A DNA stretch of 62,629 nucleotides, filler included, from Calcarisporiella thermophila CBS 279.70 (GCF_041956535.1; 11 parts of 10 records of this genome joined end to end with filler, not necessarily neighbours in it); one strand, 5' to 3'; positions 12,531 through 23,064 are shown, counted from the first letter of the whole stretch. Notes: a model not told the origin generated them from the letters alone. Program-made: numbers and translations.

Positions 12531-14306
12531 ATGACCGTGTCAACATTGGGGCCTGATCATGCAGAAGGTAGTCAACCAATGCAGGAATCAGTCGGCTTAA
12601 CAGCGCAACCTGTTCTTCTCAATGAGATGGCCATTCCGATTGATACGGTAACGGATACATCGTTGCGGTCTAGCTTAGACGATCAGCATGTCGACCCCAA
12701 ACAACCAGACACTATTCATAACAACGACGACTATACCCTTAGCACTCGTGGCTTTCTCCTTGTCCTTGGTAGTTTGTCCATATCATTCTTTTTGGGTGCG
12801 CTCGACAATACTATTGTTTCAACAGCATTAACGAAGATTGCAAACGACTTTCGTGAGTTTGACTCAGTCAGCTGGGTGGCCACCGTCTACTTACTGGCGG
12901 GTAGTTCGCTCCAGCCGATTTACGGTAAATTAGCAGATATTTTTGGCGGAAAAGCCACATATTTGTTCTCCATGATCGTCTTCTTGGTCGGATCAGCAAT
13001 TGCTGGCGCGGCGCAGAGCATGACCATGTTGATTGTGGCTCGTTTGATCCAGGGAATTGGCGCGGCAGGCATGATGGATCTTCCTATGGTCCTATTAGTG
13101 AAGCTGGTTGGAGTTCAGCAATCCAGCAAGTATATGGGTGTGTTTGGCATGATGTTTGCGCTGGCGAGCGCGCTTGGTCCCATCCTTGGTGGCGTTTTTA
13201 CCGACAAGGTATCGTGGCGATGGACCCTCTATATCAACGTTCCTATCGTTGTGCCGGGTATTGTGTTGACTATGATCTTCCTGAGGCTTCCCGAGGTACG
13301 CAGCTCGCTCATGACGAAGCTCCGGCGCATTGACTGGCTTGGCAGTTTGACCTTTGTAAGCGCTGTGATTTGCTTTTTGTTGTCGACTCTGTGGGGAGGT
13401 CATATCCATGCGTGGAATAGTATTGTGATCATTGCACTCTACCTCGTTAGTTTAGTTCTGTTCGGCATTTTCTTCTTCATCGAAGCTAAGGTGGCCGTCG
13501 AACCAATCATGCCTCTCATGCTCTACAAAAGTCTTAACTATGTCCTGAGTTCGCTCATGTCCTTCATATTTGGCATGTTTTTCTTCGGCATAATCTTCTT
13601 CATCCCTATCTTTTTCCAAGCCGCGCGTGGTGAATCGGCCACGCAAGCCGGTTTACAGTTGATCCCTTTCTTGGTTCCGCTCGCGTTCACCGTCACCTTT
13701 TCTGGGATAGTAGTCGCCAAGACCGGATCCTATCGCCCTTTTATCGTACTGGGTTCCGTTTTCAGCACCATCGGAAGTGGCTTATTAATCCTCCTGGATC
13801 AGCATAGCTCTCCTGGTATGTCCGCTGGCTTTCTTGTCATTTGCGGTATTGGTGCTGGTTTCTCTTTCCAAACTTCCCTCATCGCTGCCCAAGCTACGTT
13901 GGAAACGCAGGATATCGCATCGGGAACGACGCTGATCGCTTTCTTCCGTACAATTGGCGGTGTCACTGGTGTTGCCATCTTCAGCTCCATCCAGCTCAAC
14001 ATGATACAAGCCTCCCTTTCCGGCTTACCTAATGGCGCTCTTCTTCTTGATGCTGCAAATAAGGGCTTAGAATTTATTATAACCTTGTCGCAAACCGACC
14101 AAGAAATCATAAATATTGCATATACCGATGCCATCAATAAGGTTTTCATTGCCATGACGCCATTGACTGGGCTCTTGATCATAATAGCCTTGGGCATGAA
14201 ACATATCCCATTGACGCCTCCTGCCTCCTCCATGTCCACTCCAACTCCATCGAATACCGAAGATCGCATGGTCAAAGAGAAGGAATCAGACAATACGCGC
14301 GTATAA
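12531..14306 (+). CDS. MFS drug:H+ antiporter (DHA2/DHA14, EmrB/QacA-like), 591 aa, intronless
   Basis: Motifs FLGALDNTIVSTAL, GKLADIFGGK, LIVARLIQGIG, GPILGGVFTDKVSWRWTLYINVP, IDWLG. About 14 hydrophobic helices. Confidence 0.95.
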   Translation: MTVSTLGPDHAEGSQPMQESVGLTAQPVLLNEMAIPIDTVTDTSLRSSLDDQHVDPKQPDTIHNNDDYTLSTRGFLLVLGSLSISFFLGALDNTIVSTALTKIANDFREFDSVSWVATVYLLAGSSLQPIYGKLADIFGGKATYLFSMIVFLVGSAIAGAAQSMTMLIVARLIQGIGAAGMMDLPMVLLVKLVGVQQSSKYMGVFGMMFALASALGPILGGVFTDKVSWRWTLYINVPIVVPGIVLTMIFLRLPEVRSSLMTKLRRIDWLGSLTFVSAVICFLLSTLWGGHIHAWNSIVIIALYLVSLVLFGIFFFIEAKVAVEPIMPLMLYKSLNYVLSSLMSFIFGMFFFGIIFFIPIFFQAARGESATQAGLQLIPFLVPLAFTVTFSGIVVAKTGSYRPFIVLGSVFSTIGSGLLILLDQHSSPGMSAGFLVICGIGAGFSFQTSLIAAQATLETQDIASGTTLIAFFRTIGGVTGVAIFSSIQLNMIQASLSGLPNGALLLDAANKGLEFIITLSQTDQEIINIAYTDAINKVFIAMTPLTGLLIIIALGMKHIPLTPPASSMSTPTPSNTEDRMVKEKESDNTRV

Positions 14307-14815
14307 TACCAAGTTCCACGTTTATATCATGAACCATGATATTTCAATGGAAAGGCATTCGCTTCATGCTACTATACTCCAATCCGCTATTCTCCTGACA
14401 TTCTGTATACACATTTTCTTTAATTTTAATGCATGCAATCGGTGGGCTTTGTTTTATATAATTATCTTCTGAGAAAACGAGTTGCTCGACAATTATCTCC
14501 TTCAAATGTAGACGCCGCTTCGTAAAAATAAGCAAACGAGGTTTTATTTAAAAGTAATATATAAATTACTTATAAATAAAACCAGTAATTTATTCGGGGA
14601 AAACCAGTATACAAAAATATAATCGAAACTGTAGTTGTAATTCTAGTCATTGTCTAGTCGTTATTCCTCGCTCTAAATAAACAATAATATCCATTAAATA
14701 GAAAAATATAACCATAAGTATTACGTAACATTATGTATATTTCGGTTGAAGTGGATAATTAGTTATTATAATTCTATATTGTATTTATTTCGTATTTTTA
14801 CGATTTTCAAAAAGT

Positions 14816-14849
14816 ATCGAGTAATAAGTCACGTGACTTATTACTCGAT
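14816..14849. repeat. 34-bp perfect palindrome centred on GTCACGTGAC
   Basis: ATCGAGTAATAAGTCAC|GTGACTTATTACTCGAT, located just 3' of the UGT stop between the convergent MFS and UGT genes. Confidence 0.9.
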
Positions 14850-14875
14850 TCATGTTGGAATCATTTTAAGTGCAC

Positions 14876-16444
14876 TTATAATGATGCCACAATATCATTA
14901 CAAAAGTCTTGTAAGGCACGGTAAGAAGAGCCATCAGGGATATTCCATGCAGAGCGCATAATCAAGCTATACCGCTTCGCATTTTCGACGAATTTAGGGA
15001 AGTTCTCAGGGGCAAACAACTCATTAATTCTTTCAGTAATTTCGTTGTGGAGGACGAGGCGCCCACTTTCCATGCTGGGTACGGGGCCCACCGTGGGAGC
15101 GGAGGTGTTTGGGAAATTGATACCGACTCCAAGGCGCTTCAATAAGTCGGCCGAATCGGACTGGTCGCAAAATCCAGGCCACCCAATTGTGGGACGAGCA
15201 TACATGAGCGATTCCATCGTCGAGTTCCAACCACAATGCGTCAAAAATGCTGCTGTAGCACGATGTGCAAGGATAGCACGCTGAGGAGCCCATGGCACTA
15301 TTACAATCTCACCAAATTTTTCTCCCACCTTGATATTGCTTCGAACGAGGAGAATCCCTTCCGGAAGGCCGGGGATATTTTGAACATATGGTAGAATGGG
15401 CCCCATGTTTCCACGCAATACCCAGAGAATGGGCCGGCCGGTTGCGCTCAATCCACGTAACTGCTCAATCTTTTGTTCAGCGGTAGTCACGGTTACCGAA
15501 CCAAAAGCAACAAATAACACGGAGGTGTCATCTTGACGATCCATCCACTGCTGGACGTATGCGTCGATTGCATGCTGCTTTTGGAGTCTTTTGTCAAGTT
15601 GAGCTAGTGTCGGCGTAGAAGTAGCAATGGAAGGCACAGTGCTATCCACAGAATCTATCCAATTGAGTGGACCTAAGAAATGCACTGGTACTCCCGGATA
15701 ATTGGCCTGCCATAGCTTGCTGGTTCGCAAAATATTACCTTCGATGCCGTCAACCGTATTCCACAGGAATCCACGAAATTCGGGAAGTAATGTCGCCACA
15801 CGCTGACGTTGGCCAAATATTATTCCAAAATCGTCGGATGAAATAGAATCCATACGGACATCTTGGTCATACGACACTCCCGCTTTCATGTCAAGAGGAG
15901 GTAAAGGGTACATAGTGTCAGGGCTAGTCGAAAATCCCGTTGTAAGTATAATATAAAAGGGCAATTCAGCGTTGGGGGTCTTAGGGCAGCTGCGAACAAT
16001 GAATGTGTCTAAGAGCACGGTCGTAATTGGGTAACCTTTGTCAGGATTTTGTTGCTGCTCGCGAAGATAGCGCTCGATCGCTATGCCAGTCTGATGCGCA
16101 GATTCGATATAGCATTGGAAACCATTGGGGGGGTATTTGTCGTCCTCCTGAGGATTGACCTGAGGGAGATCGTATAACTTAGCGATGCGTACCTCTCCAT
16201 AGGAACCACGAAATATCACGCCACTTTCATCGGGTGAAGAAATGAGTCCCGTCGCGACAAGCTCATCGACATATGAGTTGGCGGTGGCTATCGTTACTAT
16301 GCATCGCAGCCCAGGGGTGACATCTGAACCTACGAGTGCATTTGGCATATCAATTAGGCGACGCGCAAGACATATGATTGGTACAGCATGACCATGACCA
16401 GTCGAGAAAGAAATGAAGAGATGCGGAAGGCGCGATACGACCAT
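14876..16444 (-). CDS. UDP-glycosyltransferase (GT1 family), 522 aa from the first ATG, intronless
   Basis: N-terminal catalytic His (GHGHAVP), SVLFVAFGS, and a complete PSPG box WAPQRAILAHRATAAFLTHCGWNSTMESLMYARPTIGWPGFCDQ. Confidence 0.93.
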   Translation of the reverse strand: MVVSRLPHLFISFSTGHGHAVPIICLARRLIDMPNALVGSDVTPGLRCIVTIATANSYVDELVATGLISSPDESGVIFRGSYGEVRIAKLYDLPQVNPQEDDKYPPNGFQCYIESAHQTGIAIERYLREQQQNPDKGYPITTVLLDTFIVRSCPKTPNAELPFYIILTTGFSTSPDTMYPLPPLDMKAGVSYDQDVRMDSISSDDFGIIFGQRQRVATLLPEFRGFLWNTVDGIEGNILRTSKLWQANYPGVPVHFLGPLNWIDSVDSTVPSIATSTPTLAQLDKRLQKQHAIDAYVQQWMDRQDDTSVLFVAFGSVTVTTAEQKIEQLRGLSATGRPILWVLRGNMGPILPYVQNIPGLPEGILLVRSNIKVGEKFGEIVIVPWAPQRAILAHRATAAFLTHCGWNSTMESLMYARPTIGWPGFCDQSDSADLLKRLGVGINFPNTSAPTVGPVPSMESGRLVLHNEITERINELFAPENFPKFVENAKRYSLIMRSAWNIPDGSSYRALQDFCNDIVASL

Positions 16445-17195
16445 CTTGAACACTGTAGACTATAACTTAACGAAGAGGAGAAGGGCTCTGAATTTATAAA
16501 GAGAAAACTAAATCTCGATGAGAAAATAAGATTATATGTATCAATATTATGATATGAGGCGAAAACAAATCTCCCTTGGATAGGGTTGTGGTGTAGAACA
16601 GAATCCCTCGGCTACCTCATCTATATCTACTAAGGAATTTTCGCTAACCCCTACGGGGCGCGAGTTCAATATTTGAGGAACTTTCCAACAAAAACCGACC
16701 AATGCTGTACTTGACTTTAAACCTATTTTGGATTTTTTCATTTCCAAAGTAGGTTTTCCGTACAACTTAACATCGTGTAACAACAATTTGATACGTGATA
16801 ATAAACCATCAAATTACAAATCTTGGGCCAAAAGGGTGTGGTCACGTGATATTCATCTATGCCGATATACCAGCTTGCTTACATCTAATTTTTACCGCAT
16901 TTTTAAATTTTCTTGAAGTGTAACAAATGATTTTGCAGAGATACCTAAGCAATTTCCTTAAAAAGACCCTGCTTTAGGGATACTCTCTAATGACTAACCA
17001 AAGTATATTTTATCCTATATTTTGCCATATTGCAATCATATAGAATTGAGATGGCTTGGTTTACAAATAGTCACACATACTACGACTATCTCATGAAGTA
17101 TCAACGTTAGAATAAGATATACTGCTACACTTTGTTTATATAATAATAATAATAATTTATAACAAGAATATAGATAGATATTATGCCTGCAGCTT

Positions 17196-19323
17196 TTACC
17201 AAGCAGCATCTACATGAACACGCCATAGCTCGCGATAGCCGTTCTGATATGCCGTACGTGTATGGTGCAATGCCATGTTGTCGTTGATGAGGATATCGCC
17301 CTCTTGCCACTGGTGGCGATAGCATATACGCCTGTCGTATAACAAGGTAGTCAGCTTCTCACAAATGTCATCACTCTCCTCTTTGCTAACGCCTAGAATG
17401 GTGACATATGTAGGTTGGCATGCAGCTGTTTTGGATTCGGGCCATGGCTCATGGAAGCGTAATGTTGGTACACCAGTCACAGGATGGGGCGATATCAATG
17501 GTAGTTTGATGGATTTCCCTCCAAATGCATCGTTAGCTGGCGTATAGCTGGTCCATTCGAGTTTGCTGAGCTTCTCGAGGGACAAATCAGCTGGAAGCAG
17601 TTCAAGTAGCAGTTTGGATGATGAGAAAAGGGTTATTCCGCCCACGGCAGTGTTGGCTTTGTTGCGGAACATCTGGAAACTATAGTGTTCAGTAAGTAGT
17701 AGAAGTTAGACAAATCTTGTTAGGAGATTTTACAAAAAAGACTGTTACTTACAGTGGTGGCCTTGGAATGACTTCTCCTCTGTCATTTTCGGCCATCTTG
17801 AAGCATCCATCATAATGGAAAGGCATATCTTCTCGAGTCAAGACATTGTTCATGTTGATATCAGCATTCTCTCGAACTTCGAGGATGTCGCCAAAAGGCC
17901 ACATCTGGATCTCACCCAACTCGGAAGCTTTCATGCGGAAGATATCCTTGTCTATGGGCATCGCGAAGCCACGAAGAACGACTGGAGAGTTGGAGAGAGC
18001 GAGTTGTCGAACCTTTTGCATGTTGACGTCTACGAAATTGTATTCCTGACCTTTGCGCGCAGGTTTGACCAGGATTCCGCACGGATATAAGAGCTCAAAA
18101 GTGAGATCCATACCTTCCCATTCGTATACACTGTCGATCTCTCGTAATAGCCAAGGCTTGCCCTCTTTGAGTACGACTTCGCATTTCGCCTTGCCGTCCG
18201 GAATATCCTCGCTATGAAGCACAGCAAGGTTCGCGTTACGGTCTTGATATGGCGCATTATGCCAAGGAGTTACAGGTTTTTTGATAAAATCACATCCGGG
18301 GAACAAAGATATAGCGAGTTTGTCCGTGTTGTCAGCGGCATGAATCGAAAGACGGACGCTTGAAGCGAATTTCTCAGCAATAAGGTTTGCAAAACACTAT
18401 CCCAAAATTTGCCCAAACTTTTTAGTTACGATCGTGACATAAAAGCTAAAAGTGTCTACCAGCCTGGCCTATGCTTACCTTGCCGCGCTTGATCATCTCC
18501 TTAGCAATGATGCTTTGCGCCTTCTTCTGTGCAGTCTTGCCCTCCTCGCCGTGCATAATATCCCCCAGGTCAAGAGCAAGGAAGCGAAGGTAGCCACGGT
18601 AAGTGGCCAACGCATTGGGATCTTCTGCGATATTTTTCTCAAAATCATAGTTTTCGGGAAGGTATTCGCTGAGGAGACGAGCCTTGGTACGGCCAATTTG
18701 CTCGACATATTGTTCTTCTGTCTGTGGAACCGGCTCATTCATCAGTTGGCTAACGCGAACAAACTCGATGTGTTTTAGGTCGAGATTCTCTGCCATTTTA
18801 CGGATGTCCATGCCATATCGCCAAGTGTCTTCGTCAGACACGCCCAAAAGATCTATTCATATAGAAAGGATTAGAGCATACAGGTTAATATGGGGTCATT
18901 TCATTTTATATATCATTATAATTTTATTTTTGCCTTACCATTGTATACTAAACCGTCACTGACAATAATAACCCTCGCACCAGCAAAGTAGACTTCCTCA
19001 ATTGATTGGCAGAGACCGTTCAAATGGATAAGAGAAAACTCATCAGCTTTGTCGGGATAAACGCCTATCACCTTGCGTATGCTGTTGGGACTTTTAAACG
19101 GATATGCTGGAAGGACCATATCGACCCGTTGGCCGTTCAACACCATCATTCGAATCTTGGCATGAATCTTAGGACGACCAATTTTCTCAAACTTGTCCAC
19201 AGGACTAGAGATACGATATCGAGCAAGAATGTCGCATATCTTGTGGGCTACGTAGTCGACTTTTTGACACTTGGTAGATTCGTGGCTCGGTTGGATGACG
19301 GCAGTAGAGGATAGGTTAACCAT
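17196..19323 (-). CDS. Isocyanide synthase (DIT1/PvcA/IsnA family) fused to a TauD-type Fe(II)/2OG dioxygenase (PvcB/IsnB-like); 4 exons, ~628 aa
   Basis: Exons 19323-18939, 18852-18479, 18396-17753 and 17679-17196 have GT-AG boundaries and sum to 1887 nt in frame. ICS motifs LPAYPFKSPN, PDKADEFSL, IVSDGLVYNDLLGVSD, YRGYLRFL, VRLSIH, TPWHN. Dioxygenase facial triad from PFHYDG (HxD) and DNMALHHTR. Confidence 0.93.
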
Positions 19324-20407
19324 TATGTTGATATCGGGGGTTAGCGGAGGGGTGGGGTGTATGAAAGAGTTTGAAATCAGGGATAATGAGAATAGAAAGC
19401 TTAAAGAGATAATGAGCAACGGCAGAGCGATGCTTCCTTTTATACAATCGAAACAATGACAGGTCCGATGCTGCTAAGTATCCAGACACATAAAGTATTG
19501 ATATCTCTTGTGAATTATAGCAAGGACCCATGAGAGCATGCATCCCCAGGTTACTTGCATTCATTCTCGTTCAATTCGTAGGAGCTTTAATTGATGTGTC
19601 CAATGGGTATTCTCTGGGTTTGAACAGACGACCTTCGCAGCAGAGTCGTCAAACGAATAAATCGTGCGGAATTAAATGTAGAGATACAGATGTAACGTAG
19701 GCAGCGTTGTTCTCTGGGGTTGCTAGGGGTTAAACTCGTCCTTAGTAGAACTGGGTGAGAGGGGAGAGTGGAGATTTGTAATAGTATTGTAGTTTATCTT
19801 CATAATTCTTCGACCTTATTTATTTATTTGTTTATCTATTTAATCTGGTAGAGTAAAATGGTGGCGCAGCCAAATGTGACCATGATGGTTGCATGACAAT
19901 TTTTAATTTTTAATTTAATTTTTAGGTTTTCCTTTACTTAGTTATCGGAAAGTAACAGCTGATATTTTATAATAGGCTTATTAATTTCAGGTTCCATAGA
20001 GAAAGCTTTCAAACAGGGACACGGGCGTTTTATTTCCAATTCTATGAATTCTTTGGTCATTGATTTATAATAGATATCCTTAAGCGGTTAATAGAATTTC
20101 CAAAACAAATCCGTCGGAGGACAAAATGCTTATCCTTGACACTTGGGTTATGGGTAGAATTTTATTTGGTAAAGAGCACAAGCAGTCTAGAAAAAACCAG
20201 GCGGTAATATTACTTACTATCTCATTGAAAAAACAACTGCGCATCCCCATGAAAATATCATATAAATCCAGCTTAGGATGTTTTCCCCTGGAGCTATTGT
20301 GTATCCAAAAATCTTTACATCAGTTCATTCCCCTTTGTTAAAATTCATCTTTCATACTCTATACCATCATACAAACCTAATTATAACTTAAACCCACGCC
20401 GATTTCA

Positions 20408-22384
20408 ATGATTGCAGTTGATCCCCACCATAAGTTTACCGAAATTGCCCAGGAACAAGGACTTTCAACCTCAGAGATCCTTAATTTCAATAATAACAGC
20501 CCCTCGCTTCCTGAAAACCAGGATGTAGTCGTTGCTGGTGGTGGTATTCACGGCCTCATCTACGCTATTCATGCTAAATGCTTTGATCCTAGTATTAGCG
20601 TCACTGTCGTGGAGAAATCGTCCAAGCCGGGCTATAAAATTGGGGAAAGCACGCTTCCCCTTTTTTCCCTTTGGTGCAAGATGATGGGGCTCAACGCGGA
20701 AGTGCTCCTGCGCATTTTTGGTCTCAAGGATGGCCTCTGCTTCTATTTTTTGGATGCGGAAGATCCAGAGCGCTATACCGATTTCTGTAGCAATGGAACT
20801 CCTTGCCTATTTTTATCCGGTTACCAGATTGAGCGTTCCATCAGCGAGCTGCTGTTCACTGTTTATGCCCAACGACATGGTGTCAATGTATTCCATGGGC
20901 ATTCAATTGATATTCAGGGAACAAAGCTTTCTGGTACTGGAAACTTTGTCCAAGTCGTAGAAAACAAGTCCAAAGTCTCCAAGACTATCGCTTCGAAGTA
21001 CTTAGTAGACGCCACGGGCAGATTTCGACAATTTGCTTCCAAAGAGGCTCGCATCAAACGATTTGACGGTTGGAATGTCAACGCATATTGGGGCTACTTT
21101 ACTTGCAAAGATGAGACCAAGATTCCACTTAGATTTTTCGAGGGCGACCACACCAATCACCTCTGCTTTCCCGAGGGATGGGCATGGGTAATTCGCATGC
21201 CTTCCTGGGAAGGTAGCCCTATTCCTAACTTGATGGATATGATAAACTACTTGCTTGACCATGCTGAGAATAAGACGCCTGGTGATGAAATTCCATCGTC
21301 TGAGGAGCTTGCAAAAATGTTTGATCTCAAGCTCCAGTGGATCTTTAGTATTGGGTTTGCGGTTCGCGATGATGCTAGGTATCCCGATGATCTGACGCCA
21401 TATGGAACAAAGGAAGCTGAGCAGAAGTTTAACTATTGGGTTCATCGTTATCCTATGATCTCGCGGGTGATGGAGAACTACAAATTGATTGAAAATCCAT
21501 ATGGACCTAACACCACCTGGTTCGTTCGCAAGCAACTCGCTTTTCAATCTCCTAAGGTTTCAGGACCTGGATGGTTCGCCATAGGTGATGCAGTGGGATT
21601 CACTAATCCCCTTCACTCTCCTGGAATCAACGCTAGCATGTCGACCTCCACATATGCAGCTGAGTTGACTCACAAGGCCTTGGCTACGTCGGATCCAGAG
21701 AAGCGCTTAGAATTGTTCAAGCCATATGAAGACTTTTGTGACAAGCTTATCCCCTCGCTGCACCAGATGAACAAGTTTAACTACGTCTGTTTCCGGCATC
21801 CCGAGCTTGGACCCCAAGTTTCCACCCTTTGGCAGTTCTTAGCTGGCATAGGCATCCCTGGATGGCAACTCATCCGACAAGATTACAACCTCACATTTGC
21901 TACCTATGTCGACCACTCCAAAAATTGGGCATGGGGTTCCCAAGTGCCAGAGTACGTAACGGTGGCGAAAAAAGCTATTGAGTTACTTGATGGTCCATTA
22001 TACGATCCCGTTCCGATTGAGACTGTTAATGAATTGATCGAATTTTCGAATGCTGTTAAACGTGAGGCCGTGGCTTCAAACCGCTTCAACTTCAGATGGA
22101 ATGGCCTTCTTCGATATTATGATCTTGAGCTTAACTATTTACCGGAAAAGACTTGGAAGGATCGATTCTCTAGGATGTGTGAACATTGTGGAAGTTGGGT
22201 CGCTTCACGACCGGATTGGAGAAAATGTTACACGTGTGGAAAGATGAGAAAGATCGAAAACTGTCAGGTGGAGTGGAATCCTAAATTGGAAGTCCATGAA
22301 GTTGCTGCACTGGTCCGAGCCAGTGATGCCAAAGCCACTTCTGCTGCTTCTGGGCCACATTACGATGCAGTTGGCGTTATTTAA
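20408..22384 (+). CDS. Flavin-dependent halogenase of the MalA (malbrancheamide halogenase) type with C-terminal Zn site, 658 aa, intronless
   Basis: FAD motif AGGGIHG, KIGEST, FGLKDGLCFYFLD (catalytic Lys context), DATGR, WAWVI (WxWxI halogenase motif), GDAVGFTNPLHSPG, and CEHC...CYTC Zn ligands. Collinear over the full length with MalA as I recall it; this needs alignment. Confidence 0.92.
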   Translation: MIAVDPHHKFTEIAQEQGLSTSEILNFNNNSPSLPENQDVVVAGGGIHGLIYAIHAKCFDPSISVTVVEKSSKPGYKIGESTLPLFSLWCKMMGLNAEVLLRIFGLKDGLCFYFLDAEDPERYTDFCSNGTPCLFLSGYQIERSISELLFTVYAQRHGVNVFHGHSIDIQGTKLSGTGNFVQVVENKSKVSKTIASKYLVDATGRFRQFASKEARIKRFDGWNVNAYWGYFTCKDETKIPLRFFEGDHTNHLCFPEGWAWVIRMPSWEGSPIPNLMDMINYLLDHAENKTPGDEIPSSEELAKMFDLKLQWIFSIGFAVRDDARYPDDLTPYGTKEAEQKFNYWVHRYPMISRVMENYKLIENPYGPNTTWFVRKQLAFQSPKVSGPGWFAIGDAVGFTNPLHSPGINASMSTSTYAAELTHKALATSDPEKRLELFKPYEDFCDKLIPSLHQMNKFNYVCFRHPELGPQVSTLWQFLAGIGIPGWQLIRQDYNLTFATYVDHSKNWAWGSQVPEYVTVAKKAIELLDGPLYDPVPIETVNELIEFSNAVKREAVASNRFNFRWNGLLRYYDLELNYLPEKTWKDRFSRMCEHCGSWVASRPDWRKCYTCGKMRKIENCQVEWNPKLEVHEVAALVRASDAKATSAASGPHYDAVGVI

Positions 22385-22599
22385 GTGAAGCGAACTGTCT
22401 ATTCCTTTTCAAGTTGGCTTTTTGTAACAAATTGTTTCTTAAATGTATTTTGGTGTATGCATTTCAATATGGACTCTAGGATTTTGGTAATAAAACTTAT
22501 ATGCGAAACGCAGACGGAAATGTGTCCCATCTATTATTCCTATTACATTTGGAAAGCCACTCATCTCAAAGAACTCGTTTTTTAACTTCTCTTTTCTTC

Positions 22600-23064
22600 T
22601 AGCATTTGGCCAGGTAATATATTCGGGGCGTAGTGATTCAATCGCGAGGGCAATCCGTTTGTGACGTCAATTACTGCAATCGAGTATTTTGAGGCCAAAT
22701 CATTGCCATTGGAAAGTCGGTGGAGAAAAATTAACAGCTGTACCCATATCAGCAATTGCTGCGTAGGGCAAGTTGATTGAAGGGAAGTATTTCTCTCTAA
22801 TGTCATTACCAGAACAGATAATGCCTACTGACACATGCGAGCTTTTCTTCGAAATCGCCCATCATCTAAGCGAAAAAGAATATCATCGCGAAAATGTGGG
22901 GATTTAGGAACCAAAGACCTTGGGGATAAAAATCGAGAGTCGTAAATGTAAAGGCCAAAATCCCAACTAGTACGGTCATCTACACTGTCCTCAAGTTGAA
23001 GCAAGTGCAGCACGATAAGAATTTCCAAAATCTCCCTTTCCGAGATCGATGGCATGACAATCAA
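22600..23064 (-). pseudogene. PIF/Harbinger-like transposase N-terminal remnant
   Basis: Reading through one stop gives LDDGRFRRKARMCQ*ALSVLVMTLE...QLLIFLHRLSNG, resembling the FR..FRM / QL.I.L.RL pattern of HARBI1-like proteins. Confidence 0.5.

Noticed and set aside
1-22384. One large cluster joining the NRPS to the halogenase/ICS genes
   Set aside because: Three artificial linkers separate them, so physical linkage is unsupported.
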